Shown here piece after piece: positions 21,994-36,098 of a stretch of 64,000 nucleotides of DNA (position 1 is its first letter; every line of letters starts with the position of its first letter). The translations under genes and the position numbers were made by a program. Below the pieces are notes generated by a model, which searched no databases, was not told where the DNA came from, and was given only the letters and a program-made list of their open reading frames with translations. Source of the DNA: Octopus sinensis (lineage: Eukaryota); NCBI RefSeq assembly GCF_006345805.1, contig NC_042997.1, positions 9,858,001 through 9,922,000 of the forward strand. Direction: 5' to 3'.

Positions 21994-23989
21994 GTATGTA
22001 TGTGTATATGTATATATATATTTCCATATATACCTATGTGTACACGAATATGCACGCCCACACCTACGATCACATGCAACATATTATATTTGCAGAAAAC
22101 CGGATCTGGAATAAAGAATCACCTCATTGAGTCTTTACATCATTTGGCGTATCTACCCAGGATTACACTCAGCCTTCTTTTCTTCGGTAATCTTACGCAA
22201 TCTCAAATACATTGATACTCATCGCGAAATCAATTGAAAGAAATTGGGGAAAATTTTAAAATTTTGATTTAATATCCTTATCTATTTATAGATTATTTCT
22301 TTTGAGACACGCCTTTAAAGTTGCTATTGCAATATGGTTCCTATCAACTACATCGTGAATATTATAAATATAGAATAAGAGCAACAACAGAATTAACATG
22401 TTACGTTATTCAAATAGAAATTTCAACACCAAAAATCTTAGCATAATTTTAATATTCTCTTTACATATTTTCACCTCAATTCTAAGCGCATTTAGAAATT
22501 CGAACGCTGTTTACACTAGAATGGATGAATATGGATTTCTTTAACAGTATCACATTTTCAATATGAAAGGAGTTTCTGAATTGATTACAGTACATGAAGG
22601 AAACGCTACCCATGGTGGGTTATTAAGTCAGAAATTAAATTGATGAACACCAAGGGAGAGCATGACATCAAATACATGATTTGTGCCTTCAATTCTCTAA
22701 ACAGACAAGTAGTGTGGAATTGAAGATTATTTCATTAGTTTTCTGTAATAGTTCAACGTTTTGCCGGATATTCTTGTGTCCTAATAAGAGGGAAATATAT
22801 CCCTTATCGTCTCAAACTGAAGATAAGATATGGACCTCTGCAATTTAGAATAGGATCAGGTATATGTAATACAATTATACAATATCGTATATGATATGAC
22901 TCATAAAGGCATATTTAGACTCACACTAATATTCAGCTTCAAAGTTGCAAATAATTATTAAGGAATCTTTCTTCAGTATTAACTTCTCTACATAAATACA
23001 TTTTTATCAGTATTCACATAAACACGCACTCATGCATACATACACACTTACCTACATGTACATATATTTAGATGCAAGCATAATTATATACACTCAATCC
23101 ATACTAAAAACATATTGAAACGAACATAGAACACGATTATCGACCAATTACCTATTAAAATCAGTTTTTAAATGTCGGTCTGGTGCAACAAGCAGATATC
23201 AAACATCGACTACATAATTACCTTACAGTCATTATTTTCCCTATTTGCCTATGTGTTTCCAGAGGTCTAGTTTAAGCGTATATAGTGTAGAGTAGTGGTC
23301 AACACCAAGTGTGTTTTTTCAAGATCCCCGCTATATTCTGTCGTACACTGATCGATGACACTCTGTCTGTACATATATTACTTCTGCATTTGAATGTATT
23401 GATAAATTGGAGATCAATATATTTTGATATCCACACAATGTATTATTGTACCATATATTATACGACGGACTATTTATAAGGTTTTGGGACTACTGATGAA
23501 TAGAATGTCCAGGGTAAAAGCTATTTAAGATATTCGTTTAACGTTCAAATATTATACCATTTTAGAAATTTTCTTTTCAGGAAGTTCACCAGATGCCAAC
23601 AATAACATGAATATCGGCTACGAAAATTTAGCAAACATTCAAGTACCTTAACCACTCAACTACTGTGATTCCACTGAATTGTGTCATTGATGTTTCCAGA
23701 AACGTTTCAGGTGTATTTAATAGTAATACTGTGTTCTTTTTTCTCTGAAATGTTCTTGGAGAGAAATCAGAGTTAATGGTGCTTCTGAAGACAGAAATAT
23801 TCGTAAATATTTCTGACAATACTTGAACTTAGCACGTAAGAGTTTTGAAGTTTACAGTGCAATTATTTAGAAACCTTTTATTTTTCTCTTTTCATTTATT
23901 TTCTTCTTGTTTGTCTATATATTTCAACTTTTCCTATCTCTTTTATATGTTTTCTTTTTCTCTCTCATATATTGTGTTTTAACAATGAG

Positions 23990-24450
23990 GTACTGGAAAT
24001 AGGGGATTTCTAAATTACATTTTATACAGTAAGACATTGTCACATTCAATGTTTTCCAATTCCAACATTTAATTGTTAAGATCTTTACTTGGAGAAAATG
24101 GCAGACAGTTCGAAAGGTAAAATTTAAAAAAGAAATGGAAAAAGTAAATAAATGATATCTAATAAAAATTCTATGTTCTGTCAATGCAATACTGAGCATT
24201 GATTATAGAGGAAAACAAAATGAACAAGAACTAATGATAGTTTTCTATTTGAACAATTTCACACACATCCTGTTTTCTTTGCTAGCATGATGTGTAGGAT
24301 GGTCTTTCAAGATACTTTGGACATTTGCCATATGATTGGATGGAGCAAACGGTTTTTAGTATCAGGACTAGTAACCAATCAAGTGCATAGAAGAAATGGC
24401 ATCTTTGAGACAAACAGATTAATGGGTAACAAGAATGGACCAGTTACGTT
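23990..24450 (+). mobile_element. Decayed RTE-type LINE 3' remnant
   Basis: LSRYFGHLP...QEWTSY resembles the RTE C-terminal RLRYFGH...KEWTG block; many stops. Confidence 0.4.
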
Positions 24451-24505
24451 GGCTCTTTTATACACACACTCACTCATACAGACACTCATACACACATACA
24501 CACAC

Positions 24506-24541
<36 letters not shown>

Positions 24542-24653
24542 GTACATCATACATACAAATATACATACATACATACATACATACATACATACATACATAC
24601 ATACATACATACATACATACATACATACATACGTACATACGTACGTACGTATG

Positions 24654-24686
<33 letters not shown>

Positions 24687-24991
24687 GTTAAAACATTTTC
24701 AGAATAGGAACTGCATTCTTAGTTTTAGTCCGATATAACCTACAACAAAGATGAGGCAGGTAAAAGCGAGAGTAAACACGTCAATTAACTAAATCCACAT
24801 AGAGATATATATTAAAATACTGCAGAGGATTTTAGAGGAGCAGATTTAAAACTTGGTATCATGTACCCTGCAGTTATTCCTTATGAAGCAGTTTTGATTT
24901 TACAAAATGTCTATATTTTAAGTTCGAAACGCGTAATAGTTTTAGATCCTGGTTAATTAAAAAGATGGTGATGAGGATGACCATAATGATA

Positions 24992-25022
<31 letters not shown>

Positions 25023-25084
25023 CAGGAGCAGTAACAGGAACGATGATTATCATTGTTATTCTTTACACGTTATTCTTTATGGTA

Positions 25085-25446
25085 TTCTTTTATTCTTTTA
25101 TTTGTTTTAGCCATGCTGGAGCACCACCTTTTAGTCGAAGAAACCGACCCCTGGATTTATTCGTTGTAAGCCTGGTGCTTATTGTATCGGTCTCTTCTGC
25201 CGAACTGCTAAGTTAAAGGGACGTAAACACACCAACATCGGTTGTCAAGCGATGTTGGGGAACAATCACAGACAGAAACACATATACATAAATATATACA
25301 TACATATGATGAGCTTCTCTCAGTTTCCGTCTACCAAAATCAATTCACAAGGATTTGGTCGGCCCGAGGCTATGGTAGAAGACTCTTGCCCTAGGTGCCA
25401 CGCAGCGAGACTGAACTCGGAACTATGTAGTTGAGAAGCAAGCTTC
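25085..25446 (-). mobile_element. tRNA-derived SINE family B
   Basis: Head (ggtgccacgcagcgagactgaactcgg) through tail (ccatgctggagcaccaccttttagtcga) matches other family B copies. Confidence 0.85.
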
Positions 25447-25447
25447 T

Positions 25448-25861
25448 TATTTCTTTATTGTACACAAGGGACTAAACATAGAGGGGACAAACCAAGACAG
25501 ACAAAGGGATTAAGTCGATTACATCGACCTCAGTGCGTAACTGCTACTTAATTTATCGACCCCGAAAGGATAAAAGGCAAATTCGACCTCGACAAAATTT
25601 GAACTCAGAACGAAAAGACAGACGAAATACCTATTTCTTTACTACCCACAAGAGGCTAAACACAAAGGGGACAAAAAAGGACAGACAAATGGATTAAGTC
25701 GATTACATCGACCCCAGTGCGTAACTGGCACTTATTTAATCGACCCCGAAGGGATGAAAGGCAAAGTTGACCTCGGCGGAATTTGAACTCAGACGAACCC
25801 AGACAAAATACGGCTACGCTTTTTGCCCGGCGTGCTAACGTTTCTGCCAGTTCACCGCTTC
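25448..25861 (-). mobile_element. tRNA-derived SINE family A with duplicated core
   Basis: Core gattacatcgacc.cagtgcgtaactg...gaccccgaa.ggat.aaaggcaaa occurs twice behind a single head. Confidence 0.85.
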
Positions 25862-26423
25862 TTACCACACAATTTCGCCTGGACCTATTATTTATGACAT
25901 CCTAAATTCAAAATACATACTAAATTCAGCTCTGTGAATTATAACGTACTATGGAGCTTGTATATGGTTAGTCGATATTACTTCATTATGATCATATGGC
26001 CGGTTTCTCGGTTTCTCTGGCCATATATGTATTCATCCCTGGACTGGATGCCGCTCTGTCGTAGGATTACACATTTTTAACAGCTGCGTAGACTGCAGCA
26101 ACATGAAAGGAATTATTTTGCTTGAAAAGACAACGCGGTACCCAGTCCAAGATTCGAAACCACAATCTCACGATCATGAGCTCAACACTCTAAACATTAA
26201 GTTATATGCTTCTACGCAGTTGGTATATAGTAAGTAATAATTCATTCTGTCATCAGCAAGACACTGCGAGGAACCTACAATAATTAATTGTCAGCGAAGA
26301 TACAATGTGGAGAGAATATCTTATTACAATGATTAATATGAGTGTATTGTGATATTCAAATGTTTACTGCTACCTTGCACTAACTACTACTACTACTACA
26401 ACGTTTATCATCTCCAACATCAT

Positions 26424-26570
26424 CTACTTCATCCCCGAGGCTATAGTAGAAAGCACACTGGCCAATGGTACCACGCAGTGGGGTTGAACCCAGAACCATG
26501 TGGTTGAGGAGCAAACTTCTTACCAGAGAGTCACGTCTACGCCTACACAGCCACGCCTGCGCCTGATATG
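26424..26570 (-). mobile_element. SINE family B head fragment
   Basis: cgaggctatagtagaa...ccacgcagtgggttgaacccagaaccatgtggttg...cacagccacgcctg. Confidence 0.75.
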
Positions 26571-26658
26571 TGTGTGCGTGCGCACGTAAGTGTGTTTATG
26601 TGTGTGTGTGTGTGTCTATACATACATACATACATACATACATACATACATACATACA

Positions 26659-26692
<34 letters not shown>

Positions 26693-27993
26693 CATACATA
26701 CATACATATATACATACATATATATATAAGATACCGATAGAATAAGTACTAGGCTTAAAAACAAAATAAGTCCTAGTACCTATTTGTTTGACTAAAATCA
26801 TTCAAGATTGTGTACCAGCAATGGCCGCAGTCACATGACAAGTACAAGGGAAAAGATTCTGCCTGCTGTTGTCGCATGAACCGCGACCAGCTTTCTCCCT
26901 TTCTCACACTGGTCCTGTAGCTGACCAGTCACAAATTCTCTATCTCTCCGTTCTCTATCCTTTAGGATATCTTCTAAGCATTACCCACGATTTTTGTCTT
27001 CCTGGCCCTAACGCGGTATTTTGCTCGTCTGTTTGTCATTGTCCACCGTCCTACATCACACTTGTGTTGTTTTGCTTTGTTTTGTTTCCTCTCGACCCTG
27101 AATTCTCCGCAAAATAATATTTGTGGGGGCCACCAATACGAGAGGCCATAGTCTTATCATTACTGGTACGCACCAATTGGTTGGAAAACTGATGAAGAAT
27201 TAGGAACCTTTTGTGTCTGTCTCACGTCTGGTTGTATACGTTATGTCGTTTGTTTATTTACCATACATTTTTCATTTATTTTATACCCCCCCCCCCACAC
27301 ACACACATACACATATATAATATATCCATATGAAACGAGACACGCATGGGTTTGAAATTTACAACTCTTTCGACAGTCATAACAAATAATCCACCTTCGT
27401 CGGGTAAAATTTCAAACAGGTAACAAACAGTTGGTATAATACCTTGTTCTGACGTATCCAATCAAAATTGTTGGATATGTGGTATTTTGAAAATAACATT
27501 TGAATATATAGAAAAATTAGTAGGAATGGCAGTAAGGAGCAATTGAGAAGAAAAGGAATCAAACGACGATATTATTTAAGTTACTTTATAACCAACGCAA
27601 GCTATGAGAACGCACGAGAATTACAGACATAATGTAGCCATGAGATATCCTGAAGGTTATTAACGTGAGGCTGATATCTTGTTGGTTAAGTGAAATAAAA
27701 GAAAGCAAACGTAAGGCCAGCAGAAAGTAAGAAAAACTGCCATCATTTTTTCACGCGGGTACACACACTCACACATATATATATATATTCATATACACAC
27801 ATACAAATATACATGTATGCATAAATACTTACAGATTTATATACACACATATGCACATAAAAATACATAAACATATACATACATGTATATATACGTAGAT
27901 ACATATACAAATATATACATCTACATATACCCATATACAGGTACGCACACACACGCACATATATATACTCATATATATACATTCATACATACA

Positions 27994-28029
<36 letters not shown>

Positions 28030-28933
28030 TATACATCCACATATACATGCGTGTGAGTGCGCATACATATACACGTATACATATACATTCACACGCATGC
28101 AGCCCAACAAACATACTTATATAAAATATAAGGATATAAAACAAAAAACATTATATAAAGAAATATATACAAGACATAACAATGTGTAGACGAATGACAG
28201 GTAGTTAGGAGGTCATACTCTAGCTTATCAAATATTTTACTAGTTATTTAATATAAAGGTTACAAACAAATCCAATGAGAATGTGGAGCCAGGAGGCCTA
28301 TGACATATTGTGACATATAATTTAAATGATATTTAGAGATTTAAATAATATTTAAATGAGAGAAGTATATTTAACGTTACAGAATATGGATAAAGAGAAA
28401 GCTAAAATGTAAGAGATAAATAGTAGTATTCGAAGCCTGTTAGGTAACTTGTATGAAGTATAAAAATGTGTGTATGTTTTTTTTATACCTAATCCGCACC
28501 AACCCTGAATCGGATCTACAATTTAAATTGGATTTTGTGCTTACATATCTACAGTATCTTGCTAATACCTGATAACTTCATGATTGTTTTACTTCACAGT
28601 GAATCCTGTTATTGTCCGTAACCATTTCTAGAGAGCTACATGTTTATGTGCCTCAATTTTATTGCATCCCATAACTAATGCATATAAACATATATACCTA
28701 CACATATGCATACATAATGGTTAACAAGAAGGAAATGAGCAAGCCATTTTGTTCTTTCAATTTACAACAGTTTCATCTTAATTCAATCCCTTTAATCTTG
28801 CAATATAATGTAATGCATGAAACTATTGATTTCTTCCCATGTATCATTCAGGTTAATCCTTATAGTAAATGTTGAATAAGAATCTTCAGAATTGCAAATA
28901 GAAAAGCGGGCAAATTATACATATATATATATT

Positions 28934-29270
28934 GGGGACTCCCTTCGGTCATGAACGACCATGGGATTGCACCTAGAAAGTTAATCTCCAAGGCACAAGT
29001 CTGGGCAAGGTCGTTTATGGAAGACCAGCAGTCGCCCATGCATACCAACCTCCCCTCTTCCCGCCACCAATGTTATCCAAGGGAAAAGCAAAGGCCCATA
29101 CAGCTTGACACCAGTAACGTCACAACTCTTTTCTATAGCTGAGTGAACTGAAGCAACGTGAAATGAAGTGTCTTGCTCAAGAACGCAACACGCAGCCCGG
29201 TCTGGGAATCGAACTCACAACCTCACGATCGTAATCTTGACGCTCTAACCACTGAGCCATACGCCTTCAC
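28934..29270 (-). mobile_element. tRNA-derived SINE (family C-type head)
   Basis: Minus strand: A box tggctcagtggttaga, B box gagttcgattccc, then a body whose tail recurs on the plus strand at 48860-49002. Confidence 0.85.
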
Positions 29271-29363
<93 letters not shown>

Positions 29364-29378
29364 GTATCATGTATGTAT

Positions 29379-29597
29379 ATATTGTTGTATTTGGGGATGG
29401 TCATGTTGCCAGTTTAGCCAATGAAAACACACGCACTATATATTTGGTGTTCACTTGCTTCAGCTTTATTTTATATTACAATACAACGCAATACAATTAA
29501 TGTAAAATAAAACTGAAGCAAGTGAACACCAACTATATAGTGCGTGAGTTTCCATTGGCTAAACTGGCAACGTGACCGTCCCCAAGTACAACAATAT
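29379..29597. mobile_element. Palindromic foldback element, 219 bp
   Basis: ~100-bp arms (29379-29478 / 29498-29597) are near-perfect reverse complements around a 19-nt loop caatacaacgcaatacaat. Confidence 0.9.
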
Positions 29598-29701
29598 CTG
29601 TTTCAACACACGAATTCACATCAAGAATCTTGCAAAGCGAATATATAAACGTATATGTATATATATAATATATAACATATTTATGCGTTGTGTTGTGTAT
29701 G

Positions 29702-29908
29702 GGGGAGAGTCACTTTCTTTTTGTGTCTTATAATGTAACACACTGACCGGTAAAATTTCCCCGTATTTCTTATTTTCCTTTTTCTAAAATGTTCGTTGCG
29801 TCTTGCAACCTTTTCAACAGTCTTGACTCTGTCTGTTTTTTACACTTCGTTCTTTTCTACTGGTGAGTATGTTATATTATAAGGCACAAAAAGAAAATGA
29901 CTCTCCCC
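29702..29908. mobile_element. MITE-like element with ~40-55-bp terminal inverted repeats
   Basis: ggggagagtcactttctttttgtgtcttataatgtaaca ... tgttatattataaggcacaaaaagaaaatgactctcccc. Confidence 0.75.
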
Positions 29909-30070
29909 AGGCACAATAGAATATGCTTCAACACACGAACTCATATAAAGAATCTTGCAAACCAAATCCAAATACGAAATATTTATAAGTGTCTGCATAT
30001 ATATATATCAAATGGCGGTGCCCCAGCATGGCCACAGCTCGTAAGCTGAAACTAGATAAAATAAAATAAA

Positions 30071-30115
<45 letters not shown>

Positions 30116-30232
30116 TGTGTGTGTGCTTTTGTGTGTCTGTGTACATATACATTCATCTCTGTGCATACACACACACACACCACACACACACACACATATA
30201 TGCATACATACATACATAGCCACTCATAATAA

Positions 30233-30530
30233 AGAGAAGTATTGGTGGAACGTGCCAGTGAAGACCCCAATAACATGCAAGCACAATTATTATTGTGTAA
30301 TTATTGGGGCCCTGGAATATGTAACACACTGCCTAAATACCAATCTTGAGGAAGTAGGCTTCTCAAAGCCAGAAAGGAGAAAGCTAATTCGAAGTCTACA
30401 GCTTCAATCCATCACTGGAGCTGTAAAAATCTCTAAAACTTTCCAGAAGTTTATCATTTAAATATATGTGAGCATGTCTAAATATGCAACTATATGCATG
30501 AGAATACATACATAAAACATAGAAATCTGC
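30233..30530 (+). mobile_element. RLE-type non-LTR retrotransposon 3' fragment, internally deleted, followed by (ACAT)n
   Basis: EKYWWNVPVKTPITCKHN...IIGALEYVTHCLNTNLEEVGFSKPERRKLIRSLQLQSITGAVKISKTFQKFII*; the same family occurs at 40900 and 50880. Confidence 0.75.
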
Positions 30531-31592
30531 ACATACATAATACATACATACATACATACATACATACATACATACATACATACATACATACTACATACAT
30601 ACATACATACATACATACATAGGAGCTGTAGCACAATATATTGAACGTATGCGTTTTATCAGTGACATTGGCCTTCAGTTATATTTAGTGGTTATTTACT
30701 ATGTATCATACCATATGAACAAGGGGCAATTTACGAAATAGCTCCGACATGGTAAATGAGACATGACTTGTCGTGAATTACTAGAGTGCAAATTTCTCTG
30801 TTAAACATTAATAGCTATTTTTTAGACTTAGATCAGCCTTCAAATGAGCTTTTCTATCATTAATATTTTCAGCCATGAATACCCACTTTTTTTTCGCATA
30901 CCAGAGCCTACATTCCCTAATATTAGGTAGGTCACAGTTTCATTGATCTTTGGATTGTAATTGTAGTCTGTCGGTCGATGGACTGTGTCGAGGTTTATTG
31001 TTTAATGCTCTTAAACTGCAGGATATGCTTCGTCGAGCAGACGTGTGATAAAATGCGTTGCTGTCGTGACTCCTATATTTTTCTTAGGCCATAAACTATA
31101 TTGAGCAAAGAGACGCTTTATTTTAAGACGCTTTCTTGCATGATTTGGTAGAGATTTCTCTTCTTTTGTAGCATTTCTTGCCATATTGTTATATAAGTAA
31201 CCATCAAAATGGCTCATAGTAATAAACCACGCTTCTAACTTCAAACTCAATTAAAAGTGTGTGTGACCATTGGATCCCCTCATACACGAGCGATGTTGAC
31301 GCTGTTAATGTTCAAATTTTAAGTAAATACACAATCGGTGTCTAAAGGAAAATCAGGGACGTGTATTTCGGTTTATAGAGAATGGAGGAAAAGTTGGCAG
31401 AAGTGTTAATGTGGATTTGGGAGATGAAAGCCATGGGACTGTGGATGATAGAATATACAGATGTGGGGTATGCAGCTTGCTTGTGCAAAGGGGTGGTACC
31501 GTTTTAGTAGAAGCAGTAAAGATACAGAGAAAACGCATTACACTCGAGACCTATTGAATGAAACGTACTGGAAAGTCAGTATTTGTTAATCC

Positions 31593-31980
31593 GAAGGCGG
31601 TGAGCTGGCAGAAACGTTAGCACGCCGGGCGAAATGCTTTGCGGTATTTCGTCTGCCGTTACGCTCTGAGTTCAAATTCCGCCGAGGTCGACTTTGCCTT
31701 TCATCCTTTCGGGGTCTATAAATTAAGTACCAGTTACACACTGGGGTCGATATAATCGACTTAATCCGTTTGTCCCCTCTGTGTTTAGCCCCTTGTGGGT
31801 AGTAAATAAATAGGTATTTCGTCTGTCTTTACGTTCTGAGTTCAAATTCCGCCGAGTTCGACTTTGCTTTTCATCCTTTCGGAGTCGATAAATTAAGTAC
31901 CAGTTGCGTACAGGGGCGATGTAATCGACTAGCCCCTCCCCAAAATTTCAAGCCTTGTGCCTAGAGTAGAAAAGAATATT
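31593..31980 (+). mobile_element. tRNA-derived SINE family A with duplicated core
   Basis: gaaggcggtgagctggcagaaacgttagcacgccgggcg head, then two copies of gagttcaaattccgccgag.tcgactttgc.tttcatcctttcgg.gtc.ataaattaagtaccag. Confidence 0.9.
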
Positions 31981-33224
31981 TGTCACTCTGCCGATAAGCT
32001 TCTTTTTCGAATCAATGTCCTTCCATATATATCAGTACGATATACTGATATGAGCCTTAGCTTAGCTTTACAGTTGATTAGTATGTACTGAAGTAACTCC
32101 TAACTCTAATGAATCTATCGCTTTTTTGATTCAACATTGTTCTACAATATAAGTAGGCGTTTCCTTGAGAGATAATTAGAAATTATGAAGCTTGGTATTT
32201 ATAATGTATATCTGACTTGAGGTGATAGGATTGAACAATGTCTATGCGTAGATGGTGAAGGAAGCTGAAAGAATGGTACTATCTGTATAGGAGTGTGTTT
32301 TATTGGTTGGACAACTCGTTAGTTTTCATGTACAGAAAACTCAATATGGGATATATTAGCTATTGCTAGGATACGCCAGAGTAATTGTTGATGAGAGCTT
32401 CATCGTCACCTTATACTGGTGCAGTCTGAGATGATTGACTGTCAGATTAAATACTTTTGAGACATTTGATGTCAATTTATGAAAGCAAAGAAAGTTCTCA
32501 TGATAGCTATAGTCAAGGTCTTCCTTGGCATAGTATTCAACAATAATACTTCATCAAAGTTCTCAACTGGTGCATGTTACAGGAGACCAGCTCTCTTGAT
32601 AGAAACATTCGTTCAGTGGCGATTTCATGGAGAGATACATTGAGCTATGTATGCGGAATGGGTAAACATGATTGCTGAATAATTATTGATTTTTGGGAGT
32701 ACCAGGCACATGATAAATATTAAATGAACTAAATTAATTATTTTATTAATTAATTATTTTAAAATATTAAATTTTTAAAATTGAAGTAGAAGAAAAATGA
32801 GCCAAAGTAACAGGAACTAAATGGAACTCCAAATAAAAGAGTTTACTAATGGGAGTTCAGAATCTGTCTGTATGTTTAGAGATACCGCTTGAAATTCAGT
32901 TTCATAGAGAAAGAGGTAAAATAATAGCATGATGATTGTGCTTTCCGCAATTAATAATTATGTAATTTATATTAAATTAGGATAGTTGTGAGTGGAAGCT
33001 GTTCTGTTGTGAAATTAGATCTTGCTAATAGTCCATGACTTTGTACGTAGCAAATACATATTACTTTGCACAGCATGCTATGGAAGTGTATGCAAGGAAA
33101 GTGTTATGCTAATTGCATTTACTCATGAATATTGTTGGTAAATATTTTCTTGATTCCATTTGGCTGAAGGGAATATTCAGTCAGGGTAAGATATGAGCCC
33201 AGCTGATCAATACAATTGAATTAT

Positions 33225-33865
33225 GTCAGATCAGGTGTTAAGGCATGTACCGTTGCAGTGCGTTGCTGTATTCACCATTTGTCTGTATATACCTGGGTCC
33301 TCCTGGGCGACGCGTTGACCAGAGTCCAATCAGTCTTCATCTCTGCAAGATAATCTCTCATCTGCCATTAACCAAGTGCCATGTGGTCGACCAACACGTG
33401 CCATCAATCCGGCAGGATCCTCAGTAAACAGAAGATAGTAAACAGGGTCTAAGTAGAAAAATTGTACAACATGGCCAAGCAATGAGCTGGCGCTTCTGAA
33501 TCTCACAAGTAACAGGATGTATCCCAGTTCCTGTGCAGTGAAACTGGTTGGATACAAAATCCGACTAATGGTAACCCACAAGCCTGCGAAGCGTCCTGAT
33601 ACCAAAGGTTTTCAGACAACTTTTAAGGGTTCCGTACGGTACCTAAGTTTTAGAAACATAAATCAGGAGAGGGAGGACTAGAAACCGAAAGACCCTAAAC
33701 TTTGTCCTCCCGGACAGATATCAGAGAGCATTAACCACCCTTGTTCAATGGGTGCACGACTACATCAGCTCGTCCGAGTCTTTTTAGGACCTCAGACTCG
33801 CAACTAATGCCGCTATGAATCTTACCACCTAGATAAGTAATGCTCTTACCAAATAATCGTTTCGT

Positions 33866-33868
<3 letters not shown>
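33225..33868 (-). mobile_element. RTE-clade LINE 3' remnant
   Basis: [25 protein letters not shown] and EDPAGLMARVGRPHGTW match the RTE post-RT region; frameshifted. Confidence 0.8.
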
Positions 33869-33909
<41 letters not shown>

Positions 33910-33977
33910 CGAGCACATACACACACACAGACGCACAAACATAAACGAACACACAAACACACGCACACACACACGCG

Positions 33978-34045
<68 letters not shown>

Positions 34046-34219
34046 GACACGCAGACACGTATATCAATTGCTGGCAAGGAGAGGAGCTTTCCGTTTTGTA
34101 ACCATAATATTCTACCAAGGATATTGTACTACATATTACAAGTTTACAATTCATTACTGTCTTACTTTATGCAAGCATTTTGATATCCTCACTTTTAATT
34201 CTATGTCTATACTTGTTTT

Positions 34220-34453
34220 TATTTCTTTATTGCCCATAAGGAGCTAAGCATGGAGGGGACAAACAAGGACAGACAAACGGATTAAATCGATTACATCGAC
34301 CCCAGTGCGTAACTGGTACTTAATTTATCTACCCCGAAAGGATGAAAGGCAAAGTCGACCTCGGAAGAATTTAAACTCAGGACGTAACAGCAGACGAAAT
34401 AACGCTAAGCATTTCACCCGGGGTGCTAACGTTTCTGCCAGCTCGCCGCCTTC
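34220..34453 (-). mobile_element. tRNA-derived SINE family A
   Basis: Head and core match 6548 and 31593. Confidence 0.9.
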
Positions 34454-36059
34454 ATACTTGTTCTGTAGAATTCTATAGAATTCAGAGTCAGCACTGCAAG
34501 TTACGACGTTTCTTAAGCGAACACGTCTATGTAAACAACGAGATAGGAAAAATAGGTAATGGGTGAATATGCAAGAGCGACTAACAACCACCTAGATTTA
34601 GACTTAATCGCAATGCGTGGCACTACTTCGTATGTCTTCCATCATAGTATCGAATCCATCACCGCCTTGCGAGCTGAGGTGGTGGAGAGAAACTGTTTAT
34701 ATATATACAGACATAGACACACATATACATACATCTACCTCTTATCTATCAATCTATTTACATACCGGAGTAAGCACATAAATGTGAAACAAGGTGGAAA
34801 AAAGAGTATTCAAATACAAGAGGTACAGTAATATGCTTTATTTAAATAAAACATATCTATCTACATATATACATACATAAAATTCATAGAGGTGAGTGAG
34901 TGCGGCTGTGGGTAGATGGCTGTGGTTACGGGTGTGAGCGTGTGTGCGTGTGTGCGTGAGTAAGTGTGTTTGTATGTGTATGTGCGCGTCTGTGTGTGTG
35001 TGAGTGTGTGCGTGCGCGCGTGTGTGTATGTATGTGCTTATATCAGAGTCGTGTAAACAAAAACCAGTACATTCGAACGGAAGCAGTGTGTTGTGTTTAC
35101 TCTGACCGAGTTATCTTTTCTTTGGTTAATATCTCCATTACATTTCGTATCTTTCAAGATCAATAAAATAAGCAATAGATAAATTAATGGATCAATATAA
35201 TCGAGTGAAACCATTTGAAGTTGATGACCCAGTATAGCCGCTGTTCAATGCCTGAAACCAATATAAAAAAAATACAAGCACAAATATAGTAAATATAGAC
35301 AGGAGAAAATGCATAATTGATTGTAGTGACAAGAGAATACTACTTGTATTTACGTCTACTCTGGTGAAATTTGAACGCAGATTTGAAAATAGGATTATAT
35401 GGCAAAGCAAAGATGTTTATCGCACAAACATCTCAACAAACAGCATTACTCTTCTTTTCTTGATGAAAAAAACAGCATCACTCTTTTTCAAAGAAAAAAA
35501 TTCTGAAGAAGAAAATAGATTTATTCAGTTTCTTAAAGAAAACTTATAACAAAATCATCAGAAAATTATCTTTTGTATCTCATTTATATCTTCTGTATGG
35601 AGACATATGCTTAGAAAAGATCTAAATGATTTTAGTTGTATATAATTTTGTTCATATAAACGACAGCATAGAGGGTTTTAGCTATCATTCGCCTTCCACT
35701 AATAACCTCTCACTTTCTCATAGTCACGTTTTCAGAATGTATTCCTTTATCACAATCGCTGTATCTCTCAATCTCTATTCTTATCTTCTCTGTTGTTGAC
35801 CTTACAGAAAGGTCAAATCGACATAGTTTTCTTTCTTTAACTTAATTAACTTTTACTCTATAGGTTGCTTTTAAGTGTCATTCTAATTTTTTATTATAAC
35901 ACTGCTCGAAGTAAATTTAATCAGTTCCTCTGGGCTGCTCTTTCATCCAATTTCAAAAACTACACTTATTGACTGAGTAATACATACACACATACATATC
36001 TATCAATCTGTCTGTCTATCTCTCTCTTTCTTTTTCTCTCTCCCTCTCTCTCCACATAT

Positions 36060-36098
<39 letters not shown>

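Noticed and set aside
24287-24470. ORF after a good splice acceptor (ttttctttgctag)
   Set aside because: An alternative frame gives RYFGH...EWT, better explained as an RTE LINE remnant.
26867-27267. Possible 401-bp solo LTR (TGT...ACA)
   Set aside because: Only 3-bp terminal symmetry, no target-site duplication and no partner LTR or PBS; not supportable.
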